Part shown: in pieces, positions 52,654 through 64,000 of the stretch | How positions within the stretch are numbered: position 1 is the stretch's first letter | How the letters are laid out: the number at the start of each line of letters is the position of its first letter | NCBI GenBank assembly: GCA_013265495.1 | Contig: MU058650.1 | Coordinates: 1,058,267 to 1,122,266 of the forward strand | DNA from: Vicugna vicugna | Lineage: Eukaryota | Length of the DNA: 64,000 bases | Reading direction: 5' to 3' | Translations under genes and position numbers: made by a program | Notes under the pieces: model-generated | Databases searched by the model: none | Told to the model about the DNA's origin: nothing | Seen by the model: only the letters and a program-made list of their open reading frames with translations

Positions 52654-55410
52654 CTAGGAGGGGAGAACAGGCTATGGAAGGGCTCCCTCACATACACATC
52701 TTTGCTGCTGCCTTCTGCCAGCTGGGCTTTGAGGGTTCCCGTCCCAGAATCTTTTTTTCTGACAGTTGCCCAAGGAGATGCTAATGACCAAAAACCATCC
52801 CATGGGTGTGCACTGGTGTGGGCTCTGCCAACATCCCCCAGCCCATCAGCCAGCCGGATTCTTGAACTCTAGGAAATGGATTTTGTCTTTCTCTGTGATA
52901 ATCTAGCCACACCCCAACTCGCAACTGGTCCCCTTTACTTAGAGGAGAGACAAAAGGGTCACCATGGTACCATGAGAGACCCCGAGTCGGACCCTAGGCA
53001 CAGCTCACAACACAGGAACACAGGCTCTATGATAAAATGTGGGTTCACAGATGGGACAACTTCTCAACAACCCCTCTTATGTGCTGCTAGTCAAAAAAAT
53101 TCATTCAGTTAAAATGTAATCAGTTGTCTCTATAGGCAAGTGTTACACAGTAAAATTTATGATGTAACGAGCAGATTTAGATTTTTTGAACTGGAAAGAT
53201 ATTTTTCAGATGAGTCTGAAGCCCAAAGAGGTGACTGGTGGAAGGTCCAGTAGGACGACCCCAGGGAGTGGAGCCCTGCGGGAGGCATCTCCTACCCGCT
53301 CTGCTCCCAGAAGGACCGATTACAGCAACAGCCCATTCTGACAGACACAACACAAGGACGCAGGGAACTCCTGCTGACTCTCCCCAACCTGCCCTTCTTT
53401 AGGATGGAAAACAACCACCCAGGGCAAAATGCAGTGAAGACAGAACACTAATTCATGGTGCATTTTTAACTGAAAATGACATTCTGACATATCCCAAAGT
53501 TTAAGTAAAGAATATTAAGTACTCTGTATATTTAATTGTATGTGAACTGAGGATCCAGACCAAAGTTCAAGTATTAAGAAAATAAATATTTGTTTCCAAC
53601 AGCACAAAAAATAAAACACAGAAAGAGAAACAGCCAGACTGAGCAAGAACAGTGCAGTAAAAAATTAGGAAAACTGTGTAGCATAATTAATGCATAATTA
53701 AATGCTCAGGATTTTTCTGGGAACAAGCAAATCCAATTTATGAATGATCCTGCTAATCTAATTTTAAAATTAAGAATGGGGCATGCTATTTTATTCAAGC
53801 CAATAAATATTTTAAAATTAACGTAGACCTCATACTATGTCCGATACAAAGAGTTCTTAATAAGGGGATGACAGAAAAAAAAAAAAAAGAAGGAGTTGAA
53901 GAAAGAGAAGAGAAAGAAGATTAAAGAGAGAGAAAAAGCATGAAATACTCCCAAAAGTAGGAAAAACTAATAGGTTTTGAAATGAGTATCAGGTAGACTG
54001 CTGGTCACCTCCAGCCGTGGGCGTCTGTGGGTCACTGTTGGCGTCAATGTGTTAATGTTTTATAGGTGCTTGATTACTTCTTAACCTTAAACCTTCAGAA
54101 CTTTTTAAGGAGTGGAAGAGAAACAGCCCTCCCCAAGGCCAAAGGCCTCCACCAGAGTCAGTGATGGTGCAAAGCCACTGATAATGCCGAGCAGAGCCAG
54201 CAGCCAAACTGACTTCCCCTACGGGCTCTCATTCTTGGGTCCAGTCTCAGTACAGCACCCAACACACGGCTGGTATTGACTAAATGTTTGCTGGGAGGAA
54301 AAATGATTCAGAGAAGACTAAGGGAAGTGAAAGGTATTTAGAGTGCCCTAAAGTTTTAAAGTCAAAACCAGGAACGTCAATCATGCTCTCCTACAGAATG
54401 TTCGCTGTCACCTGTGGGAAGACCTCAGTAACTTATTCAAAACATGTCCTGTTTGGTTAGACGGTTTTAAGTGTTTATAAGAAAGTGCATCTTGTTCCTC
54501 TTAAGAAGACAGGTGATTAAACGGAGGCACATTTATTGGAAGAGAGAGACTCTGAGGGAGTGAGGTCATAAGTTTCCTGACTTAGAGGCTCTTATCTTTT
54601 TCTTCTTTTAAAATTCTACCCTTTGCATCTGGATCTATGTGGCTACTCTGTTCAATGAGTATTTACTCAAGATCAATCCGGAGAAGGCAGAGGCTAACAC
54701 TAATGAATGCAGAAACGTTTAACCTCTTTTTCAACTGCTTGTTTTGAAATATCAGAGCCAAGGTTATTTTAGATACTACATTTTTTTTAAATCGGTGGTA
54801 TATTGGGCTGATGATTCTGTCTTTAAAAATCACTTCTAAGATTCTAACTATCTTCTTTATGCTCTGAATGGTTTCCCACCTCTGTAATTTACTCTGAGGA
54901 TCACGGCAGACCTCCTCTTTACAAGTTTTGAAACAGCCTTTGGGCAAAAACAACAAAATCTGACTTGAGTTAAGAGTGAGCTTCTAGACCTACAGGGACA
55001 GACACAAAGCAAAGGAACTGCAGATGAATTTACAGTTTGCATGTTCCAATTTTGAGAATAATGGTATAAAGTCATGTGGCCAAAAAATGACACCCAAAAA
55101 GGCCTTTTCATATTAAAGTTAAGGGCAGTTAAAGAGCAAATATCTACATTAAGGGAGCTTGCAATAGGTAATGACAAGTATACTTTCACTTTGAAGCTTT
55201 TATTCCTTTAGCCTTACTTCATTCTTAGATATTATTTTACTTATGAGGGAAAAGTAAAAATTAAACTACTAAAGCTAAATCAATATGTGTAGTTTAAAAA
55301 AAAAAAAAGCACAGGTGAGCAGAGCCACATGTTACACGGCAGAACTCTCAAGCATCCTTTGGGTGTGGGTAGCTGTCAACTGGCCTTGAACTGCAGAATA
55401 AAAATGCCAT

Positions 55411-55440
55411 TGCCCCCTAGTGGTGGTGATATGAAATGCA
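55411..55440 (-). promoter_or_regulatory. Candidate CTCF site in SLC35F2 intron 7
   Basis: Core TGCCCCCTAGTGG followed by TGAAATGCA, resembling the secondary (zinc finger 9-11) motif. Confidence 0.6.
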
Positions 55441-55956
55441 AGAACAGCACCACAGAACAGCAAGAGGTATTCTCATGGGGAAAAAAAAAATCTAGGTCTC
55501 TCAGGATCACTTCTCTGCTCTGATTCACTTTGACATTTGTTACTTTTTAATGATGCCGCCAAAAAGCTATAAATACTTCTTCGGTCTTAGTTCAGGGAAT
55601 ACCTTAACCAGCAAGTTTGCAAAAGTAACAGCTGGTTCCTGTGATATGCAATCTTACAAAGCAAAAATGGTTTATGCTTCTTAAGCAAAAATTTCTGAGA
55701 ACACACCGATCTAGGCATTATGAGGTCATGGCCAATTCCTGGGAACAGTGTAAACCAGTGCCAAGCAATTTCTGCCCAGATACAAAATTGTATAAGGAAA
55801 AAAATAAATAGTTTCTAAAATGAAAATTGTCAAGCAATAAGGCAACATTCTAACTATTTGTTCAAAAGACTGTAATAGCAGGCAGGTCAACAAGCTCTAT
55901 ACCAAGGAAAGATGGATTTCTAAGGCAGCAGTCCTCAAAGCAAGACTCTTATAGCA

Positions 55957-56065
55957 GGGAGGGTATAGCTCAGCATGCATGAGGTCCTGGGTTCAATCCC
56001 CAGTATCTCCATTAAAAATAATAATAAATAAATAAACCTAATTACCTATCACTCCCCTCGAAAAA
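55957..56065 (+). mobile_element. tRNA-derived SINE with an internal deletion
   Basis: gggtatagctcag joined directly to catgcatgaggtcc; TSD aagactcttat. Confidence 0.82.
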
Positions 56066-56225
56066 AGACTCTTATCATAACACTAAGATGTCATCTGCCC
56101 GGAGTGAGGGTGTCCAGTGAAATTCTTGCCAAGATGAGGTTTTAATTTGGGATCTAAAATCTTAAATCTGTTACATCTTTCAGACCAAACAAGTGTTCTT
56201 CACTGAGCAACGTCTGTTTGCTTAC

Positions 56226-56380
56226 CTTATAGCCAAACATAAAGAGGCCAAAGAAAAGACTGTAGAGGTCAGCCGTCAGGATGCCCAGGTTGACAGAAGT
56301 GGCACTAGTGACCTTAATCACCAGTGGCATGAAGCTGTACAGGCAAAACATACAGACGGCAAATGCCACAAAGAGCAGGG
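56226..56380 (-). CDS. SLC35F2: SLC35F2 coding exon 7 (155 bp)
   Basis: AG/GT boundaries; (A)[51 protein letters not shown]. Confidence 0.96.
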
Positions 56381-57596
56381 CTGCGGGGGAAATGGAATAT
56401 CCAATGTTACCGGAAGAAATCAAAAGACAAAGGTGCTTTTAAGGCTTGGCTGACACATAAAATTCCCTGATCCTTTAACACGTAATCCACAAAGCCCCTT
56501 TGTTAACAGTACACATTGCAAATGAGACTTACAAAGCTCTGGAGAGAGGAGGTAATAATAATGAGATGTGATGTAGATGAAGAACTTAAAAAATCCAACA
56601 GAGTGTTAGATGGTCAAGGCCATAAAAGCTGGCTTGTGTGTGAGTAAGTCAAAGCTCCCATCACCCCATGCTCTCCACCTGCCCAGGGCAGAGAGATGCC
56701 TATGACAAAAGACCAATGAAAGCAGAATCAGAATCAAAAAACAAAAACAAAAAACAACTCGTTATCCTTTGTTGGCTTTTATCTAGTTGGCTGGTTGGAT
56801 GTGATCTGTGTGACTGGATTCAGCATGAAGCATTTTTAGGGCATCAAAGGCAGATGTTAGGTCCATATCTTTGGTTCATTTCATGAAATTCAGTGCTCCC
56901 AGACAGCACGACACAACTGTCCTCTTCAGGACAGAGCTTGTCATCCAGGTGCTGCCACCTAAGGTTTGCAACCACTTCTCCAGGCTCACTCAGCACAAAC
57001 ACACACACGCTCGCGCGCGCGCGCACAATCTAATTTATTTACTTGAATTAAATCATCCAAGCCTGGTAAATGAACTCAATGACACTTAATGTGCTTCTTA
57101 ACTTCTTTCCACCCATCGTTAAATAAGGTTCAAATCCTTCCTAACTGCCCCAGCACTGTTTTCCTCCGTGTTACTTATCCATGCAGATGCCCAGGACGAG
57201 CAGATGAGAGCAGCAGAGGAAGGCGGTGCTAACTACACACCATCGGATTGTCCAGGTTAATACTTCACAAATTCTGCCAAGCAGACGAACTCCTCATGAA
57301 ATCTGAGGCCATGAAATACAGGCCTAGTTGAGAGCTAACGTGACCAAAGGCCAGTCTTGCTCAGAACTCCTAGTAAAGAAAGGCCATCCCTGAAGGTGAA
57401 GATTAAGGATTAACTTTTATGGGGGTTCATTTACAAGTTTGCAGAGGAAACTCAATGTAAACCACCAAGCTCTCTGTGTACTGAATTCCTCTGTGATTTT
57501 ACAAAAATACCTAAATCGTATTATTAAAATGAAGTATCTGTCTCTTGATGTATGTCAGAGAAAGACTAAAAAAAGAATTATTATGCATGTACATAC

Positions 57597-57649
57597 CAAT
57601 TTTCCAGTCCCAGGGAATGCTGCCAATATCTTTATATTCCACAATCAAT
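57597..57649 (-). CDS. SLC35F2: SLC35F2 coding exon 6 (53 bp)
   Basis: AG/GT boundaries; LIVEYKDIGSIPWDWKI. Phase is compatible with both neighbours. Not in the ORF track. Confidence 0.94.
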
Positions 57650-58198
57650 CTGTAATGAAAACAAGAGGTCACAGAGAGATCTTTACACTGATTTTCATTA
57701 TCTTATAAGCAATTAAGTTGCTTCGAGCTTTAAGTACTTCAGTCGGTGATGAATTATGTTGACTTCTGAATTTTTTCTTAGAGTATGAAAGTAACTATCT
57801 TTAATTAAAATGACAAAGAATAAAACCAAAGGAGTCCTTAATAAACACGTTTGACGCCCTCAGAAACGCCCTTCAGTCGTGGTCAGCTACAGGAGGAGAA
57901 CTTGATCCTATGTGTCCCCTTTGAATAGGAAGTTAATACTTTCCAGGAATAACTGAAAAAGAAAGTCTTCACTGGTCATGTGAAGCCTACCCCGACGTAA
58001 GCAGGAGCCTTCGGCGTCCCACACGTGTCAGAAAATGAGGCATAACTGACGTTTCAACGGCCTTCTAATAGGTATTTAGCAAGTTAACTGATTTCACCAA
58101 ATCAGGTTTGGGCCAAATAAGCGATATCAGTAGTTGGAAGTTAATCATCTATGATATATTTGCTTGTTTTGTTTGTAAGGAAAAGTTTGGACTCTTAC

Positions 58199-58355
58199 AG
58201 CTGTATGCCACTGATTATTGTTCCGAACAAGCCCACCATTCCTAAAAACTCCTGTCTGCTCAGCTTCTTCACGATGTACTCTTCACACACATTGGACACG
58301 GCGTAGAGGGAGGCCCCGAGGAGGACCAGGATGTCACCGATCAGCACATCACTAC
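58199..58355 (-). CDS. SLC35F2: SLC35F2 coding exon 5 (157 bp)
   Basis: AG/GT boundaries; (G)[51 protein letters not shown](L). Confidence 0.96.
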
Positions 58356-58852
58356 CTGCAGGGGGACAAGCCACAAAAAGGGACACACCGTCACTGGGGG
58401 ACACTCTCCAGCTGGCTTCCAGGAGCTGACTGGCTCACGTTCATTTAAATAAGATTTTACAGAAGGTGAAACCCTGATTTTTAGAGACTCTTGCTTCTCT
58501 CACTTTCTGGCACAACGCAGCTGTGATTTTGCTTTTGATTCCTCAGGAGACGAACAGACTGGAAGATGGTGGTGTGCACCGTAATGCAAGGCCTCAGAAA
58601 ATGATTCTACGACATGAGAAAATAATGGGACTTATTGAATGGGAATTCATTGAAACCATAGGAAAGTAAGCTAGGGGAGCAAGGTAATTTTCTTAATCCA
58701 AGGAGACACTGAAGTCACTTGACTGAATTCACAGGCCTTATTTAGATTTTATGCTATCAATTGTCTGAACTTTGACATAAAGAATATCAGAATGTTCTCA
58801 TCTACAGAGTGACTCAAAGAGAGATCAGTCATTTAGTGACCACAAAGTCTCC

Positions 58853-59000
58853 TTTTTTTTTAATTTGATTAAAAATTTTTTTTTACTTTTGGGGGGCAAT
58901 TAGGTTTATTTATTTATTTTTAGAGGAGGCACTGGGGATTGAACCCAGGACCTTGTGCACGCTAAGCATGCGCTCTACCACCTGAGCTGTACCCTCCCCT
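58853..59000 (-). mobile_element. tRNA-derived SINE
   Basis: A and B boxes on the minus strand; TSD caaagtctcctt. Confidence 0.85.
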
Positions 59001-59358
59001 CGCAAAGTCTCCTTGATAAAAACAAAAAATCGAGAATCTACGGTAGCTTTTCCAGCAACTAAAAGAAGGAGTCAAAAGAATATTATTGCAAATATATAGG
59101 GAAACCTGTCTCTCATGACACAAACTATTTAGTGTGACCAAAAAAGGCGGCAAGGACAGCGGGCAGGTAGCAACATAAAGACTGCTTTGTGGCGGTGGTT
59201 ACAGGACCAGAAGCAAGCAAATCGAACAATAAAAATTTTAAAGATGGTTAATCGGGACGTGTTTTCTGCCTTTTGCTATCTGTTTGCAAAATAACCAAGT
59301 GAAGACATGAGCATAGCTTTCTCTGCAACCAAACCGGACCCAGGTAACCCAGTCTTAC

Positions 59359-59518
59359 CTGCACTGTCCTCCCGCCCTGCTAGCATGTCTGCACCAACCA
59401 TGGTTCCTACGCCCAGCAGACAGACAGCCACAGCGATGAAATGGATCACTCTGTATCTTGCATAAAGAATAAACCACGAGAGAGCCATCAGCACAGGAAT
59501 CCCAAAGCAATCCAAAAG
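59359..59518 (-). CDS. SLC35F2: SLC35F2 coding exon 4 (160 bp)
   Basis: AG/GT boundaries; [53 protein letters not shown]. Confidence 0.96.
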
Positions 59519-62500
59519 CTGCGTGGAAGGAGAAATAAACAGCTTAAAACATCTCTTGTTAGCTAAAAAGATGGGTGATTCAGTGATAACAGGAGTCAGT
59601 GTGTATTAAGCATTTATTTTATTGCCAGCCCTGTGCTAATACTCTGCCTGGATTAATTCATTTAATCTTCACAACAATTCCATGAGATTGGAACTACAGT
59701 CTCCATCTCACACACGAGGAAAAGGCACAGAGAGGCTAAACGCGTTGCCCCAAATCACACAGCTGAAAGTGGGGGAGCCAGTTAGTGAACCCAGGAATTC
59801 CGCCTGACAGCCTGTGCAGTTTACCTCCACACTCCCACCTGTGTTTAAGTCCAGTAGGCATGCACCCATTCACTCAGTCAACAAATATTTAAGCACGTGG
59901 CATGTGACAGACACTGTGAGACAACAGAGACACAAGCCTTGCCCTCAGAAGTATACAGAAGGCTGGACAGACACAGAAGAATCACACAACCAGATATTTA
60001 ACTGCAACTGGGCTAGGAGCTACAAAGAAGGACAGGTTATTAGGAGCGAGCGGACAGACACCATCTCCCTGACGAGGTGCCAACCCCACCATGTAAGACA
60101 GATAATTGCTCACAGAAAATACACTTGCTCATCTTCATCATATACTCCTCCATCACCTGTTGATCCTGGGTCCAGAAAACACTTGCTACCCCCCTGATAT
60201 TGCCAGCCTGAAAGGCAAGGGGATTAAGAGTGCCAAAATTATAGCAAATCTAAAAATCTTTGAAACATAAAGGAAAAAGAGATTTCATTCACTCGATTCT
60301 GAAAGTCACAAATTTTGTACAGTGCATTCAAGGAAAAGCCTATTCCTTTTACTAATAATGTTCCTGAAGATGGTTTTTTCTGGCTCATCCTGTTCTGTTT
60401 TTTTTTTTCAACCTTGTCCCAGATTCACCCTGTATCTGTTTCGTTTTGGACAAGAGAGGCCCCTGAATCTCCAGCAGCCTGTTTGATCCACCGTTGTTTG
60501 CTGATTGCCTTTCACTGCAATGTCACATGTAGGAATGGGCACCTTGCCTTGTGCCGTTTATTCCAGCTGAAGAGCTCTAATCTCTTAAGTGCTTTATCAA
60601 GCTTGCCTGAATAACAAACCATCAAAAGATGCAAATGATAATAGTGTGTCCTGGAAGACACCAACAGGATCCAGCCTTAACAAAGTGACAAAGTCTAAAC
60701 GACATTCCTTGAACCAAAAAAGGGGAGAAAAGATCCCTCTAAAAATGATCACTGCAGCCCCCCTATCCTCAAACTGTGTCTTAAAATCAAAATCAAATGT
60801 GCTCCACTTTTAGCCATTTCTGGTGGGCAATGAGTGGCCGTGTGAGGGAGGCACTGGCATCACAGTGACCGCTCCAGAGACCTCAGCCCCCCAGCCCTGC
60901 CACTGACCGGCTGTGCGATCTCCAGCCAGTCACCCTCTAAGTCAAAGTGTGAAATTAAGAGATCAGACCAGATGACCTCACAAGCTCCTTCCCACTCTGA
61001 AATCCCATGCCTTCTCATCTGGTATTTACCACATTCAGTCATTTATCTACATTGAACTTTTCCAAAATGTATTCTTGGTGACAGATGCCTTCTGGATGAG
61101 CCTTTTAGTTCCAAGAGCCTCCCTGTTTGATCTGATCTTTAAAACCTATTGTACAGTCACAGCAAGCAAGGTGCCAAGACAGACCCTGGAGTGAGGGGAG
61201 GCATGGGCATAAAAGTGAGCCAGACTTTATCAGAGATATGGTGGAGGATGGAGGGGAACATGAAACTGAACTGGGCCCTAGAGAACGGATGGGGATGGAG
61301 CGAGGGACCCACTTCAAAAAGGGATGGGTGCGTTCTGGAAAGACTAGAGCGACATAAGAGAGAGAAGCTGGCTGCAAGTAGGGAACTTGTGGACGGGGCA
61401 GGGAAGTGGGAAGAGACGTGAGCAGAAACCAAGGCCATGTGATGTCAGTGGCCACACCGTGAACTACGACATTCCTGTTTGCAATTAGAGACTCCTTGAA
61501 GGAAGGAGGCTCAAAGACCATCCAATCTAAACTTTCACCCTTTCGAATTTACTCAAGGGGAGAGGAATCGGCTTGAAGAATTCCAGCGACAGGCACTCTC
61601 CGCTGCTGGCGGGAGTTTTAGTTGTTAGACGCCCTTTTATAACAGGGCTGGCCGGGACCGCGAGTACATCATTTTTGACAACCAAATGCTTCGGGGTTTT
61701 TTCTAAGAGACTAAAATTGTTTTCAGTATAAGGCATGAACTTGACTCACAAAAACCCGACGGTAAGGGGTTTGTTAAGCTGTGTTTAGACCTTGTACCAA
61801 TTCAAAACTTTTAATGTCATTATCATTAGTCAGAGATCAAAGTTTCTGGAAATTGTAATCAAGGAATTAAACTGTGTGTGAGATTATGAGGACAGGTGTG
61901 ACTAGACAAATGCCACTTTCTATAGCCTTATACCCTTCTTTTTCATCGCCAGAAGTACAGTTAATACTATCTGTGCTGAACTTCACCCTATAGGTAACTC
62001 CTGGTTTTAATTTTTATGAAATTCTGGATTTTTCATGTGCCTCCTATGATGTCTGTCTTACAAATGTGTCCTTTCTTGGCTTTTTCACTGACACCAGTCA
62101 AAACCCAAGACATTTGCTGAGAACGGTGCTTCGCATAACGTTACAGAAAAGAAAATATTTAATAAAAGGCATTCTGATAATCATAGCACTTAATGCATAT
62201 TCACATGGGAAAAATCCTGAGTTTTCATTAATCCTTCTCTTTAAAATAAATCTAATCTCACTCCAAGTTTTCCATGCTCCTAAAATTTGAAGATAAGACT
62301 ATCTCTGTTTTATATATAAAAAAGTAATGCATCATAAGTCATCAATTCACTGTAAAATGATTATGAATCAATAAAAAATGTAAAAAAAAAAAAAGTCATC
62401 AATTCATTACTCTGTGACGTCTAAACCAGGCACTGGAATCTTACTTTTGCCTCCATTTATAACACATTTTTCTTGCTAGCAATGGTGAGTCAGTGTTATG

Positions 62501-62746
62501 ATACGTCCCATAGTTTGCTAACATTAAAACGGCTTAATCAGTCTTCCCCAACTTCACCAAGTTGAAAAGTACTGCTATGTGGGAACATTTTTCCCTTCAA
62601 TCCAGTGAGAATAAACCTAAAAATGAAATGTGGATGTAAGTTTTTACCTTTGGCTACCATCTCTAGCCTCTGTCCTTAGAACAGATTCCTTCCAAGTGCT
62701 CCTTTGTCTGGAATATCTGCTTTACTTGCAAACCTCCAACTTTTCT

Positions 62747-62872
62747 GGGGGGAAGGGTATAGCTCAAGTGGTAGAGCGCATGCTCAGCACCCACGAGGTC
62801 CCGGGTTCAATCCCTGGTCCCTCCTCCAAGCAGAAACCAATGAAGAAACCTAATTACCTCCCCCTCAGCAAA
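62747..62872 (+). mobile_element. tRNA-derived SINE
   Basis: A and B boxes; perfect TSD caaacctccaacttttctg (62729-62747 and 62873-62891). Confidence 0.88.
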
Positions 62873-63247
62873 CAAACCTCCAACTTTTCTGCAGCACAAT
62901 GGTACATCTGCTTTGTATGCCATGTTTAAGCACCACGTAAAACAGAAGTCTTATCAGCATCACAGCATCCGTTGCCAACTAAATATTTATGTTTATTTTG
63001 GTAGCAACTGTCCTATTCTGCTGTAGCATTAGCAGTTTGGAAGCTGATTAACTTGTGCACATTTTCACTAATTCCAGGAAGCCTTACTCAGTAGCGCATA
63101 TGCTCCACTGGAAGCCAGGTAGTACCCAGCTATGTTTAGGTCTTCTTCAAGTGAACAGGTTCTTAATACAGCCAGGTGAACACATGTGAGTTCAGATTCT
63201 TCTCTTTAAGCTGTAAAATCCAAGCCGGTCGGAGAACTCCTTCTTAC

Positions 63248-63375
63248 CTGGACGCTGGTGAGAGTTGTGTACTGGTACGCTCTGACAATCAGGTAATTCG
63301 CTTCCACGTCTGCTAGTCCAAGCAGAATGTACTTCCACCACTTCTTTTTCAAGATGGATAAAAGGTTATCACTCC
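63248..63375 (-). CDS. SLC35F2: SLC35F2 coding exon 3 (128 bp)
   Basis: AG/GT boundaries. Translates (G)[42 protein letters not shown]. Exons 1-2 lie beyond the window. Confidence 0.96.
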
Positions 63376-64000
63376 CTGGTTGAAAGAAATCTGGGTTAGT
63401 ACATGTGACTTGAAAATGGTAACATGCATATTAATTTAGAGGTCAAGATTCAAAGGACGGATTTACTATGTATTTTGAATGTGGCCCCCTCCTAGTTTTC
63501 ATTACTCATAATTCATTCATAACCCAAATGCCTGCAACAGCCCAGCAGACTCATATTTTTTTTTTTTGAGTATGTGGCCCAAGCTAAGGTGTCATCATAG
63601 ACTAAGTGGTCAATGAAAACACCAAAGAAACAAGGAAGTAAGAGAAAAGTGGTTAAATTCCCTTTCCCATTGCAACAGAAATATAACATCCAGATGGTCC
63701 TTGGAAAGGAAACGTTTTCTTATAACTTCATTGGTTATTTCACCTCCCTGCATTCATGGGCTTCTTCAAAGAAAACTCTGCATGTAATCATTCCTTTGGA
63801 AAATGTGTGCTTTCATGAGAAAATTAAGTGAGACGTTTGGAAAAAAGACTTGGTGAAACCATTGAAGAAACACCTTTTATCCCCTAAATTCTATTATTCA
63901 AGTTAACTGTGATTCATTTCTTTGGAGACTCTAGCATCACAAGGAGATATAGAGTTGGCACATATAAGGCTTTATGGGTAAGTTAACTTGCAAGGAAATA

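Noticed and set aside
61560..61670. Short CpG-richer patch in SLC35F2 intron 3
   Set aside because: Too short for a CpG island, only a weak CTCF-like match, no splice or ORF support
1..64000. Prokaryote-style systems (CRISPR arrays, operons, defence loci)
   Set aside because: The DNA is intron- and repeat-rich mammalian sequence; no regularly spaced repeat-spacer array was seen

Overview
Mammalian genomic DNA, very probably a camelid. This is inferred from a tRNA-derived SINE family resembling camelid Vic-1 and the absence of recognisable Alu, B1/B2, Bov-A/BovB or CAN-SINE copies. Two genes lie on the minus strand. (1) The complete sarcolipin gene SLN: non-coding exon 1 at about 6772-6870 and a 31-aa micropeptide CDS at 2746-2841, which is too short for the supplied ORF track. 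(2) The last six coding exons (3-8) and 3'UTR of SLC35F2, about 51420-63375. The roughly 44 kb between them is mostly repeats: L1 fragments, solo ERV/MaLR LTRs, Tigger1, MER47, SINEs and MIR/L2 remnants. There is a 164-N assembly gap at 7791-7954. Nearly all ORFs in the track are chance or repeat-derived. I see no well-supported new biological system. The best unexplained signals are an ~130-bp inverted duplication 4.5-5.8 kb upstream of SLN, candidate muscle regulatory modules around SLN (perfect MEF2 site, E-box cluster, tandemly duplicated ERR-type element), three co-oriented CTCF-like sites, and several unusual retrotransposition structures. Repeat family names are recognised by eye and their boundaries are approximate.
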